Positions 1-9,154 are shown, counted from the stretch's first letter. The stretch: DNA of 64,000 bases from Parcubacteria bacterium C7867-006 (GCA_001189155.1 LFCP01000001.1:147779-211778); one strand, 5' to 3'. Program-made: numbers and translations. The notes: a model not told the origin generated them from the letters alone.

Positions 1-1015
1 TTATATATCGAGATTGTACTTTTCCTGTAAGCATTCCACCAAGTGGTGAAGCGGCCATCATTGCAACTGCCATTGGTATAAAAAGATATCCTGTCTCCGT
101 GGCATTAAAACCGAGAAATGTTTGAGCAAAAACTGGTATGAGAAATACACCACCCATCATACCCATAAACACGACAAAGTTGTTCACAAGTGCATTTACG
201 AATGCTGGTATTTTGAAGAATTTAAGATCAACAATCGGCTCGGGAGCTTTTTGTTCAATTTTAATAAAGAGACCGAGAAGTACAACAACTAAGAAATAAC
301 AAATCATACTTCCTACAGAAAGCCACCCCCAATCAGATCCTTTTTCTAACACTAAAACAAGAGAAGATAGCATGCCTCCGAGAGTAAATGCGCCCCACCA
401 GTCAAAGAATTTTGTTTTTACTTCAGAACGTGATTCGTTAATGAAACGCATAGCCATAACAATACCCAGGATTCCAATTGGGAGATTAATTAGAAATACA
501 GATCGCCAGCCGAAGTTGTCTATAAGCGGTCCACCCAATAATGGGCCGAATACTACAGCCGCTGCAAAAGAAGACGACCAGATACCAAGAGCTTGTGCAC
601 GTTCCTTACCCTCCTTGAAGGTTACAGCAATAATGGCCATTGCAGTAGGATAGTCTGCCGATCCGGCAATTGCTTGGATTATACGAAAAACAATCATTGA
701 TGAAAGATTCCAAGACAATCCTGCCAAAACTGAACCGACAATAAAGATACCAAAACCCCAAATATATACTTTCTTTCTTCCAATTGTATCACCTAGTTTA
801 CCCCATATAGGAACAAAGACGGCATTAGCAAGAATGTATGCCGTTGCAATCCATCCTGCGGAAGAGACGGTTATACCAAAATCATTAATAATCTTAGGTA
901 GAGCTAGGTTAACTATGGTTTGATCAAGACGCCCCAAAAATGTTCCCACAATAACAGTGAGTAAAATCCACCAGCGTAAATTTGAGCCTTTATTGCGATC
1001 TTCTTTTTCTTCCAT
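1..1015 (-). CDS. DHA2-family (EmrB/QacA-like) MFS efflux transporter, 3' end runs off the window
   Basis: Not in the ORF track. Translated by hand from ATG at 1015: MEEKEDRNKGSNLRWWILLTVIVGTFLGRLDQTIVNLALPKI...WGKLGDTIGRKK (MFS motif A)...GPLLGG...WRSVFLINLPIG. Confidence 0.9.
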   Translation of the reverse strand, partial: MEEKEDRNKGSNLRWWILLTVIVGTFLGRLDQTIVNLALPKIINDFGITVSSAGWIATAYILANAVFVPIWGKLGDTIGRKKVYIWGFGIFIVGSVLAGLSWNLSSMIVFRIIQAIAGSADYPTAMAIIAVTFKEGKERAQALGIWSSSFAAAVVFGPLLGGPLIDNFGWRSVFLINLPIGILGIVMAMRFINESRSEVKTKFFDWWGAFTLGGMLSSLVLVLEKGSDWGWLSVGSMICYFLVVVLLGLFIKIEQKAPEPIVDLKFFKIPAFVNALVNNFVVFMGMMGGVFLIPVFAQTFLGFNATETGYLFIPMAVAMMAASPLGGMLTGKVQSRYI

Positions 1016-1021
1016 AGTTTG

Positions 1022-1666
1022 TTATTGTGTATAGACCGTTATTTTTGCAGACATACCATTTTTTAATTCTGGATAATCAGCAACATTGAAACGCACTTTT
1101 ACATCAAATTTTTTAGTTGGACGTTTATCAGAAATAGAGAAAACTACACCTGTGTCATTTGATGTTTGACTTATACTCTCTACTATTCCAACGTATGTTT
1201 TATTACCGAATGCATCAACAGTGAATGCTGCTTGTTGCCCAAGCTTAATTTTTTCTAATCCTTTAGTTTCATCAATTGCTCCTATTACACGCATATCTTC
1301 AGGATGTATCATTGAGATAATTGTTACCCCTTGAGAATAAAAAGTACCTATATTATTTGAAACATTGATAACGATACCACTCTGCTTTGAAGTAACAATA
1401 CCAGTTCCAACCAAGGCAACAGGGGTATTGGCAGAAATTTTATCTCCTTCACTGACATATAATGCATTCAATGTGCCAGCAGTACTTGCTGAAAGATTAA
1501 TCACTGGAGCACTTATCTGCGAGTTCTCAATAAGTAAAGTACCACTACCTGATTGCCAGTAAAGGAATCCTCCTAAGACTAAAAAGACAACAACAATACC
1601 AATAATACTTTGCGTTAATGGTTTACTGAACATGCTTTTCTTTTTTGTATTTTTTTCTTCATTCAT
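1022..1666 (-). CDS. HlyD/EmrA-like efflux adaptor (lipoyl plus beta-barrel, essentially no alpha-hairpin)
   Basis: N-terminal TM; GTLNALYVSEGDKI lipoyl half; IDETKGLEKIKLGQQAAFTVDAF and LKNGMSAKITV barrel motifs. Confidence 0.85.
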   Translation of the reverse strand: MNEEKNTKKKSMFSKPLTQSIIGIVVVFLVLGGFLYWQSGSGTLLIENSQISAPVINLSASTAGTLNALYVSEGDKISANTPVALVGTGIVTSKQSGIVINVSNNIGTFYSQGVTIISMIHPEDMRVIGAIDETKGLEKIKLGQQAAFTVDAFGNKTYVGIVESISQTSNDTGVVFSISDKRPTKKFDVKVRFNVADYPELKNGMSAKITVYTQ

Positions 1667-1686
1667 ATATGTATTTTTAAATAATA

Positions 1687-2817
1687 TTATTTTGACAATA
1701 TTTCAATCGCTGCAGTATTTGGTGTTGCAATCTGCCCAGCAGTTATTGATACATTTATTATCTTTCCATCTACTGGAGCCGTAATAATGGTGTTGTTATA
1801 CATGCCCTGTGCTATCTGAAGTGCACCTTGTGTGCTCTGAACCTGTGCCCTCGCCATATCTAAATCTTCAGATCGTGCCGGCGATTGTTTCAAAGTCAAA
1901 GATGCCCTAGCTTGGTCTAAAGATGCCTTAGCACTCTTAATTGCTTGTGCATCATTTGTGATAGTTAGATACACAGAATCAACAGTAGCTTTGGCTGAAG
2001 TTATAGCATTTTGATCTGCTGTTATGGTCGCCTGGCTACCACCAGAAGTTATTTGGGTGTGGGAAGTTAAAATAGTTAGTAAGTCAGTCAAATAATTTCT
2101 AACTTTGGTTATGTAAGTTGTTGAATTTGTAACTATTTGGTCAACATTGGTTTCGTTAATTGAGGAAATTTCATTTTGCCATTTAACAAGAGTAGAATTA
2201 ACATCTACAAATTCAGTGTTAACATTACTTACTAACTGCTGGTTTGTTTGAACAGTACCTATGATGCTGAACTGAGGATTTGCAGATTGTGGACTAGAAA
2301 ATAAACCGTAGGTGTTAGACAACACTACAGAGTTAACACTACTGTATGCCGTAGTAAGATCGCGAACTAGATTTTGTTTGGCATTTTCGAGGGCTGTGGA
2401 AGCATAATCAACAGAGGCTTGGGTTACTGCTATATCTGGGTTAGAAGCTCCATTCACCAACTTGTCATACGCTGTTTGTGCCACCAAATATGCCGCTTTA
2501 GCTTGGTTAATTGCTCCGATTGTATTTTCTGCATCAAGACTTGCCAGAACTGTTCCAGCTTTTACAGTATCACCAATTTTTACATTAACACTTTTAATTC
2601 TTCCTCCTATAGGAAAAGCCAAAGTCAAATCTCGTGGAGATGCACTGCTTATATCAGTACTGCTGGCCAATGGTAATCCATTAATTTCTGCTGACCTCTG
2701 TGCCAATGTTTTTCCATGATTAATTGAGCTTACTATACCAATGGCAAGCGCAATAATAATTGCGATTCCTATTGTGATTTTCGGACTTGAGATTAATTTT
2801 TTAAAGTGTTTTTTCAT
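1687..2817 (-). CDS. HlyD-like membrane fusion protein (lipoyl halves flanking a long coiled coil)
   Basis: N-terminal TM; GGRIKSVNVKIGDTVKAGTVLASLD ... ITAPVDGKI lipoyl halves; long helical region between them. Confidence 0.8.
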   Translation of the reverse strand: MKKHFKKLISSPKITIGIAIIIALAIGIVSSINHGKTLAQRSAEINGLPLASSTDISSASPRDLTLAFPIGGRIKSVNVKIGDTVKAGTVLASLDAENTIGAINQAKAAYLVAQTAYDKLVNGASNPDIAVTQASVDYASTALENAKQNLVRDLTTAYSSVNSVVLSNTYGLFSSPQSANPQFSIIGTVQTNQQLVSNVNTEFVDVNSTLVKWQNEISSINETNVDQIVTNSTTYITKVRNYLTDLLTILTSHTQITSGGSQATITADQNAITSAKATVDSVYLTITNDAQAIKSAKASLDQARASLTLKQSPARSEDLDMARAQVQSTQGALQIAQGMYNNTIITAPVDGKIINVSITAGQIATPNTAAIEILSK

Positions 2818-2819
2818 AT

Positions 2820-3263
2820 TTATTCGTTTATTAATGTGTTAAGTATTTTGACAAATTGTTTTCGTTCATCATTTTGTAACTTTGAAAGCATCTTTGTAAA
2901 AATGTCGAGTTTAATTTGACGAAAGGATTTCCATGCCTTAGGCGTAAGTGCCACTCGTATTGTTCTCCTATCTTTATCATTTACCACACGAGTCACAAGC
3001 TTTTTCTTTTGCATTGTCTCAATAATAGCGGTAACGGATGGAGGAGTAATTTTTAAATAACTGGCTATTTCTTTCATTGATGGATTTCCATTTTCAGCAA
3101 TGTAAGAAAGAGCATCAATTTGTGAAATGGGATACTTAAGATCTTGAGATTCTCGTCTCAATATATCTGAAAGCTTAAGACGAAAAGCAAAAAGTGCTTC
3201 CTCCAAAGAAAGCCCACTACTCTTTAATTTGGGTTGTTTTTTCATACTGTAATATAGTTTCAA
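2820..3263 (-). CDS. MarR-family transcriptional regulator (likely start at ATG 3245)
   Basis: wHTH: MKEIASYLKITPPSVTAIIETMQKKKLVTR...DRRTIRVALT; first gene of the efflux operon. Confidence 0.9.
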   Translation of the reverse strand: MKLYYSMKKQPKLKSSGLSLEEALFAFRLKLSDILRRESQDLKYPISQIDALSYIAENGNPSMKEIASYLKITPPSVTAIIETMQKKKLVTRVVNDKDRRTIRVALTPKAWKSFRQIKLDIFTKMLSKLQNDERKQFVKILNTLINE

Positions 3264-3282
3264 TTAACTAACTATTAGGTAA
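3264..3282. promoter_or_regulatory. Imperfect palindrome upstream of marR, candidate MarR operator
   Basis: TTAACTAA-cta-TTAGGTAA (one mismatch), between the minus-strand -10 (TATGAT) and the start codon. Confidence 0.4.
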
Positions 3283-3333
3283 ACTAACGATATCATATGA
3301 CAATTAAAAAAGCAACTATATTCTTATATTTAC

Positions 3334-3365
3334 AAAAAATCACCGATTTGTATCAGTGATTTTTT
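3334..3365 (-). terminator. Intrinsic terminator downstream of tRNA-Gln
   Basis: AAAAAATCACCGAT-ttgt-ATCAGTGATTTTTT hairpin with A/T tails. Confidence 0.6.
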
Positions 3366-3496
3366 ATTCTGAATACTGCACTCAGCAGGTATGCCATTTT
3401 CGGAATAGATTCTCGTGTGGTTTATGCATACAAGTCCCGTCAGCTTTACTTCACTATAAAAGCGTTGCACTGACGCGACTCGAGCGGCGCACGAGC

Positions 3497-3570
3497 TGGC
3501 TGCCAGACTTGGACTCGAACCAAGATACTCGCCTCCAGAGGGCGAAGTCCTACCATTAGACGATCTGGCA
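3497..3570 (-). tRNA. tRNA-Gln(CTG)
   Basis: Reverse complement: TGCCAGA acceptor, TCGCC-CT CTG GA-GGCGA anticodon arm, CTTGG-TTCGAGT-CCAAG T arm, encoded CCA. Confidence 0.95.
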
Positions 3571-3675
3571 ATACAACTATTTGAGTAGTCTCAAATAGAA
3601 CCTAATAACAGAAGAATACCCGAAAAATAGCCTTTTTACAAGAAATATAGACGTTTATTTTGCTATAATTTAATT

Positions 3676-4275
3676 ATGAAAATTATTAAGCCTGTTTCTC
3701 TGGTCGATGTTAAGAGAGCTTTTGTAATCTCTGATCTTGGGAAAATTAAGGGAAATCAAAAAGGAGTATCTGAAAAAACGTTTGAGAATAATTTTAATAG
3801 AGCAAAAACAAAAGTCCTTAAGTTTTCTGAAGCAGATTTAGATAAACACATAGAATGGTCTAAAAGATTGAATGCTTATAATAATTGTAAATGGTACATT
3901 GCCGAGTTTTCTCCCCCTGAGCTTGGTGTATGGAGGAGATCATCAGGTCTTCCACTCAGTTGGACAAATCAGTCTCTTCTAGAGACATCAAAAAAAATAA
4001 ATAAAGTTCTCAGTAGTGATTCAAAGTTTTTAAAGAAGAGGTCGAGATATGCTATTTATAATATATTAAATAGTAAAAGTCAGATTTCACAAAAGGAAAA
4101 ATATTTATATCCCATTGTTTTTAAAAATAGTGAAGGGACTAGAGGTAGAAGTTATTTAAGATTTAAAACTAAGGGAGATATAGATGATGGGTGTATGAGG
4201 TCTATTGCCATGACTATAAGTGGTAAAAAATCTATTCTGGTATATTTTGGTGTGCCAAAGGAGATTACTAAATAA
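3676..4275 (+). CDS. Hypothetical basic protein
   Basis: 199-aa ORF preceded by TGcTATAAT; no family recognised. Confidence 0.7.
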   Translation: MKIIKPVSLVDVKRAFVISDLGKIKGNQKGVSEKTFENNFNRAKTKVLKFSEADLDKHIEWSKRLNAYNNCKWYIAEFSPPELGVWRRSSGLPLSWTNQSLLETSKKINKVLSSDSKFLKKRSRYAIYNILNSKSQISQKEKYLYPIVFKNSEGTRGRSYLRFKTKGDIDDGCMRSIAMTISGKKSILVYFGVPKEITK

Positions 4276-4277
4276 AT

Positions 4278-4541
4278 ATGTATTTTGTTTATTTTCTAGA
4301 GTGTGCGGATAAATCTATATACACTGGAATAACCACGGACGTTAAAAGGCGTTTCGCAGAACACAAAGCTGGAAAGGGTGGACACTATACTAGTTCCAAA
4401 AGGGCTGTTAAAATTGTTTATACAGAAGAACATTCTGATAGGTCGTCTGCATCAAAACGAGAGGCCGAAATAAAATGTTGGTCTAGAAATAAAAAACTAG
4501 AATTAATTAAAAATAACAGACGATCCAAAAAGAATGTATGA
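4278..4541 (+). CDS. GIY-YIG nuclease family protein (YhbQ/UPF0213-like)
   Basis: YFVYFLECADKSIYTGITTDVKRRFAEH...ASKREAEIK. Confidence 0.9.
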   Translation: MYFVYFLECADKSIYTGITTDVKRRFAEHKAGKGGHYTSSKRAVKIVYTEEHSDRSSASKREAEIKCWSRNKKLELIKNNRRSKKNV

Positions 4542-5413
4542 AGCCTAAAATCTATATACCAATCTTATTGATGACTTTGGTTGTTTTAAGTCTTTTTTCT
4601 TATGAATTTTTATACAAAAAAAATGAAGTAAGTGTTAGTCCGAGCACACCAGCTCTTGTTTTGAATACTGTTAAAGAAGAGCCTATAATTGGTCAAGATC
4701 TTTTGGGTAAAGCAGAGGTTAGTTTTGCTGGAGGAACGGATGTTAGGAATAAAAATATAGAATTAGGAATTGCTCGTATAAATGGAAAAGTATTGATGCC
4801 TGGTGAGGAATTTTCTTTTACAAAAACTATTGGTCCAGTTACAGAAGAAGATGGTTTCGGTGAAGCAAAAGTTTTTCTCAACGGTGAAGTTACAACTGGT
4901 GTGGGTGGTGGGCTCTGTCAGGTATCAACAACCCTGTTTCAGAGTGTTTTAAAGGCGGGTTTACCGGTAACGGAGAGATGGAATCATACATATTCTGTAG
5001 TGTTGTATGATGTTGGTTTAGACGCTACGTACTCAGATCCTGGCCCAGATTTTAAATTCAAAAATGATACGGCCAATCCTGTTGTTATAAAAGGTAAGAC
5101 TGAAGATCAAAAAGCTGTATTTGAAATATATGGTGTTAGTGATGGTCGTCAGGCTAGCACAACTGAACCTGATATTTCTCAGATTGTAGATTTTCCACCA
5201 ACAAAATATGTCGCAACAACTACAAGAGATAAAAGTTTGCCAGAATGTATAAATAGTCCACAGATAGGGTATACATCAAAAATTACATATGGTGTTTTGT
5301 ATCCAAATGGAACTACAACACAGCAAATATTTACTTCAACATATAAACCTTTACAGAGAGTTTGCTATGTTTATGGGACTAGTACCACAAATTTTAAAAA
5401 TTCCATAAGATAA
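4538..5413 (+). CDS. VanW-family protein
   Basis: N-terminal TM; INGKVLMPGEEFSF, GVGGGLCQVSTTLF, ERWNH, GLDAT. Confidence 0.9.
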   Translation: MKPKIYIPILLMTLVVLSLFSYEFLYKKNEVSVSPSTPALVLNTVKEEPIIGQDLLGKAEVSFAGGTDVRNKNIELGIARINGKVLMPGEEFSFTKTIGPVTEEDGFGEAKVFLNGEVTTGVGGGLCQVSTTLFQSVLKAGLPVTERWNHTYSVVLYDVGLDATYSDPGPDFKFKNDTANPVVIKGKTEDQKAVFEIYGVSDGRQASTTEPDISQIVDFPPTKYVATTTRDKSLPECINSPQIGYTSKITYGVLYPNGTTTQQIFTSTYKPLQRVCYVYGTSTTNFKNSIR

Positions 5414-5440
5414 ATTTATATATGTTAATATTTACCTAAT

Positions 5441-5989
5441 ATGAAAGAAAATTTTGACGCTAATAATTCTGAAACTGTTTATTCAAAAGAATCTGTAGAG
5501 AAGAAAGAAAGAGCTCCAGAGTTTAACTTTGAAAGTGGGGTAGAAGAATCTATTAATAGAATAGTTAGTATCCTGGAAAAACAACCTAAAGTTGTAGTTG
5601 CTTTTTCTGGCTCATCTTCAAATGTTGGAAAAACAACATTATCAAAACATATATCTCAAGGGTTGTATGATAGAGGTATACAGTCTAGATCTTATATGGG
5701 TGTAGAAGAGGTTCACGATAGAGGGCCTGAGCCGGGAGATTCTGTTTTTATATTTCAACAGATACATTTAGGAGTAGTTAACAGCAGTATAGTTGATAAA
5801 ATAAAAGATATTTATAATGAGGATGTTAGGGATGCTTTTAAAGAGAAAGGCCTTGATATTTCTGGTATAGATTTTTGGGTGGGTATTTACAGGCCAGACA
5901 AACCATTTGCAAGTGATGTTATTGCTGATTCTAATTCTGAACCTATAGCAGATATTATTATTAGGAATGACATGGCTGAAGATAAATAG
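5441..5989 (+). CDS. Hypothetical protein with P-loop-like motif
   Basis: VVAFSGSSSNVGKTTLS resembles a Walker A with an insertion. Confidence 0.6.
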   Translation: MKENFDANNSETVYSKESVEKKERAPEFNFESGVEESINRIVSILEKQPKVVVAFSGSSSNVGKTTLSKHISQGLYDRGIQSRSYMGVEEVHDRGPEPGDSVFIFQQIHLGVVNSSIVDKIKDIYNEDVRDAFKEKGLDISGIDFWVGIYRPDKPFASDVIADSNSEPIADIIIRNDMAEDK

Positions 5990-5998
5990 ATTTGATTT

Positions 5999-6493
5999 AT
6001 GGTAAGTAGAGTTTTGAATAATAAAAACCTGGAAGTAAAAAAATCCAGAAATGGGGTTGGTGTTTTTGCTAAAAATGATTTTAAAACTGGAGAGAAGGTG
6101 CTTCGGGTAACTGGTAAATTTATTACTTGTGATATTGATGAAGATATTAATGATGAAATCAGATCAAATGCATATCGTTTTGATGAGGACTTGTATATTA
6201 GCCCAAAAGGAAAGTTAGCAGATTTTTTAAATCATTCTTGTAACCCAAACGCTAAGGTTGTAAAAAAAGATAATAAACTGTACATATTTTCTATTAAACC
6301 AATATCAAAAGGTCAAGAAATCGTTTTTGATTATTCTACAGTTATTGCCTCAGATGATGAGTGGGATATGGATTGTAATTGCGGTGAAAATATTTGTAGG
6401 AAAAATATAAAAAGATTTGGTTTTTTACCAACAAAAATTAAAAATAAATATATTACAGAAAATATTGTTCCTAGTTATATATTAGAAATCTAA
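5999..6493 (+). CDS. SET domain protein-lysine methyltransferase with post-SET
   Basis: GVGVFAK, FLNHSCNPNA, GQEIVFDY, CNCGENICR. Confidence 0.93.
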   Translation: MVSRVLNNKNLEVKKSRNGVGVFAKNDFKTGEKVLRVTGKFITCDIDEDINDEIRSNAYRFDEDLYISPKGKLADFLNHSCNPNAKVVKKDNKLYIFSIKPISKGQEIVFDYSTVIASDDEWDMDCNCGENICRKNIKRFGFLPTKIKNKYITENIVPSYILEI

Positions 6494-6519
6494 AAAAACT
6501 ACCTTGTGGTAGTTTTTTT
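6492..6519. terminator. Bidirectional intrinsic terminator
   Basis: AAAAAAACTACC-ttgt-GGTAGTTTTTTT between convergent genes. Confidence 0.75.
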
Positions 6520-6527
6520 AGATAATT

Positions 6528-6956
6528 TTAAGCTGGGAGGTCTAGTTGAATTCTAACTAGACTTACATACCAACCAAAAGAAAGGGGACCAAAATAACCA
6601 GTTCCAGATGATAATCCAGCTGGCAGTAGCACTTTGGATGCATTAGCATTTTGCCACCTTGTTACAGCCGATGCTGTTAAGGGGCCAAAGTATACACTTT
6701 CATTTCCAGGTGATCCAAATCCTGTGCTAGATACTGTGTATCCAGCCCAATTCAAGTATCTTTGTAGACACTGGACATCAAGCCCAGTATCTCCAACCTT
6801 TAAGTTTCTAGTAATCTCACAGAGCGGTATTGTCGTGTCTGCAGAAGATATTTTTGGTAGTACTACGATAGAGGTAATTACAAACATACCAATAATCATA
6901 GTGATAACCAAAGATCTTATGGAATAAAGTGATTTTAGCCTTAAATATGTTGTCAT
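6528..6956 (-). CDS. Secreted peptidoglycan-binding domain protein
   Basis: Signal/TM segment, then TRNLKVGDTGLDVQCLQRYLN...YFGPLTASAVTRWQ (PG_binding_1-like). Confidence 0.85.
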   Translation of the reverse strand: MTTYLRLKSLYSIRSLVITMIIGMFVITSIVVLPKISSADTTIPLCEITRNLKVGDTGLDVQCLQRYLNWAGYTVSSTGFGSPGNESVYFGPLTASAVTRWQNANASKVLLPAGLSSGTGYFGPLSFGWYVSLVRIQLDLPA

Positions 6957-7043
6957 ATTTGTTTTTGTTATTTGCTAATAAACCGACCTTTATCTATTGT
7001 TTACGACGTGGTAGTCTAGGTTTGATTACATATTTTTATTAAC

Positions 7044-7607
7044 ATGAATTTTACAATTGATAGTGCTATTGAGGCCTTGAACACTGGTGGAGTTGGTGTA
7101 TTTCCCACAGATACTCTTTACGGTCTGGTTGCTAGGGCATTGGATATTGATGCTGTAAATCGTGTTTATAAATTAAAGAATAGATCAGATGGTAAACCAT
7201 TCATTATACTTATTTCATCTATTGATGATTTATCAATATTAAAAATCTCTATTGATGAAAAAACAAAAACTTTTCTCTCTACTGTTTGGCCGGGGTTAGT
7301 TAGTGTGATTTTGCCTTGCGAGGATAACGGTCTCAGTTATTTGCATAGTGGTATGGATTTGGCCATAAGGTTGCCCAATAATGAAATTCTTATAAATTTA
7401 ATAAAAGAAACTGGCCCGATAGTTGCTCCATCTGCAAACCCTGAAGGACTAAAACCTGCATCAAATATTAATGAAGCAAAAGAATATTTTGGAGATAATG
7501 TTGAATTTTATGTGGACGGAGGTATTTTAGATGGGGAGCCTTCGACTCTACTATCAATAAAAGATGGCGAGATAAAAGTTTTAAGACAAGGAAGATTTAA
7601 AATTTAG
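7044..7607 (+). CDS. tsaC: L-threonylcarbamoyladenylate synthase (TsaC/Sua5/YrdC)
   Basis: FPTDTLYGL, KNRSDGKP, WPG, AIRLP, APSAN. Confidence 0.93.
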   Translation: MNFTIDSAIEALNTGGVGVFPTDTLYGLVARALDIDAVNRVYKLKNRSDGKPFIILISSIDDLSILKISIDEKTKTFLSTVWPGLVSVILPCEDNGLSYLHSGMDLAIRLPNNEILINLIKETGPIVAPSANPEGLKPASNINEAKEYFGDNVEFYVDGGILDGEPSTLLSIKDGEIKVLRQGRFKI

Positions 7608-7646
7608 TTGTTGGGTTGTTTTTTGAATAGGGTATATAATTAATTT

Positions 7647-7991
7647 ATGAATGATAAATTGGTAAAAATTCTTACTATTTTGGTTATATTGTCTGTAGGT
7701 TTTTCTATTGCTTTATGTTCGTATTCTGCTTTGGGTGATTCTAGGATGCCTCATCATGATTATATGTATAATTTTAATAATCATTTATTGATGGCACATT
7801 CATTTAATGTTTTTATAATTCCTTTTAGTATAATTTTGAATCTATTATTAGTATTTTTTGTTTTTGTATATCAGAGATTATTTATTGAGACTTTTCGAGA
7901 AGAGAGGTTTGTTTCTAAATGGATAGATGAAAAAATAGAACAAAGGTTGGGGTTTAATTATTTTAGTCCGAGATCCCCACCAAAATATTAG
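7647..7991 (+). CDS. Small membrane protein ending in an RSPP motif (candidate arrest/leader peptide)
   Basis: Two hydrophobic segments, His/Met-rich loop, C-terminal FSPRSPPKY. Confidence 0.6.
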   Translation: MNDKLVKILTILVILSVGFSIALCSYSALGDSRMPHHDYMYNFNNHLLMAHSFNVFIIPFSIILNLLLVFFVFVYQRLFIETFREERFVSKWIDEKIEQRLGFNYFSPRSPPKY

Positions 7992-8025
7992 AAATAGTCT
8001 ATTACTAGTTCTAATATAAAAATAT

Positions 8026-8532
8026 ATGGAAATGACACATTACATGCAATTACTTGCAGATAATCAGCCTTGGAATCTTTTGATGTTTATGGCTATTCCT
8101 GTTGTGCTTGCTGAGACGGTTGCAGTTACAGAGTTGTATATTTTATTCACAAGAAATTTTTCCGGTTTGGTAAGAAAAATAAACTCTATTGCTGGGTCAA
8201 TAGTTGGTATTTATTTTATTGGAGTATTTTTCTATCTCCTGTATACGGCAGTTATACCTTTAACAACGTCAGGTGGGTGGAGAGGTCTTGCTGATATTGT
8301 TGCTGTAGGGTTTTATCTTTTGGGAGTGATTCCACTTGGGGGTCTTGCTTTGTTGGAATTTGGTTTAATTAAGAAAAATGCTGATCAAGAAGAAAAACTA
8401 AGAGTTCATGCAATATTGGTTGCGGTATTTCTTGTTGTTGCTCATATTGCGATGATATTTGGAATGTTGAATCCGACTGTAATCTGGTGGCAACCAGATA
8501 GTATGGCCCTGATGCAAGGAATGACTCAATAG
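8026..8532 (+). CDS. Four-TM membrane protein (DUF6803-like)
   Basis: MTHYMQLLADNQPWNLLMFMAIPVVLAET N-terminus; LVVAHIAMIFGM; family assignment from memory. Confidence 0.7.
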   Translation: MEMTHYMQLLADNQPWNLLMFMAIPVVLAETVAVTELYILFTRNFSGLVRKINSIAGSIVGIYFIGVFFYLLYTAVIPLTTSGGWRGLADIVAVGFYLLGVIPLGGLALLEFGLIKKNADQEEKLRVHAILVAVFLVVAHIAMIFGMLNPTVIWWQPDSMALMQGMTQ

Positions 8533-8540
8533 ATATTAGA

Positions 8541-8574
8541 AAAACAAAAACCGCGAATTTGCGGTTTTTGTTTT
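8541..8574 (+). terminator. Intrinsic terminator
   Basis: AAAACAAAAACCGC-gaattt-GCGGTTTTTGTTTT. Confidence 0.8.
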
Positions 8575-8595
8575 GATGGTATAATCATTTTTAAT

Positions 8596-9075
8596 ATGAA
8601 AAAAGACAATGCTATTATTGGTCATGTTCATTTAACCGTCGGTGATTTAGAGAGGTCTTTAGGTTTTTATCGTGATTTACTTGGTTTTGAAGTTACAAGT
8701 TACATTAGTAACTCCGCCGTGTTTCTATCTAGAGGTGGTTATCATCATCATATTGGACTTAATACTTGGTCAGGAAAAGGTGTTATACCTCCACCACGAG
8801 GTCATAGTGGTTTATATCACTTTGCTATATTGTTTCCTACTCGTAGGGAATTGGCAGAGGTTTTAAAGAGAATAATAGATGCAGGATACCAAGTTACAGG
8901 TTTTTCAGATCATGGTGTTTCTGAAGCTATATATCTAGATGATCCTGATGGAATAGGGGTTGAACTTTGTTGTGATAGGCCAAAAGAGGAGTGGAATATA
9001 GGAGATGATGGTCATGTAGAGATGGTAACAGAACCAATGGATATTAATGATTTATTGAACGAACTCAATAAATAG
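8596..9075 (+). CDS. VOC/glyoxalase family protein (CatE-like half)
   Basis: IGHVHLTVGDLERSLGFY, GGYHHHIGLNTW, GLYHFAIL, DHGVSEAIYLDDPDG. Confidence 0.9.
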   Translation: MKKDNAIIGHVHLTVGDLERSLGFYRDLLGFEVTSYISNSAVFLSRGGYHHHIGLNTWSGKGVIPPPRGHSGLYHFAILFPTRRELAEVLKRIIDAGYQVTGFSDHGVSEAIYLDDPDGIGVELCCDRPKEEWNIGDDGHVEMVTEPMDINDLLNELNK

Positions 9076-9154
9076 ACAATAGATTGTGTATTGTGGCTAT
9101 GGTCTTCAGAGGGAATATCCTGTATAATGTGGGTATTATATTTTAATCAAAAAT

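Noticed and set aside
372-2719. Short + strand ORFs (372-653, 1365-1562, 2374-2676, 2462-2719)
   Set aside because: They are antisense shadows of the clear minus-strand efflux genes. The same applies to most 60-135-aa ORFs nested antisense to housekeeping genes throughout the window.
3356-3559. 67-aa ORF
   Set aside because: It overlaps tRNA-Gln on the opposite strand and a structured spacer, with no protein features.
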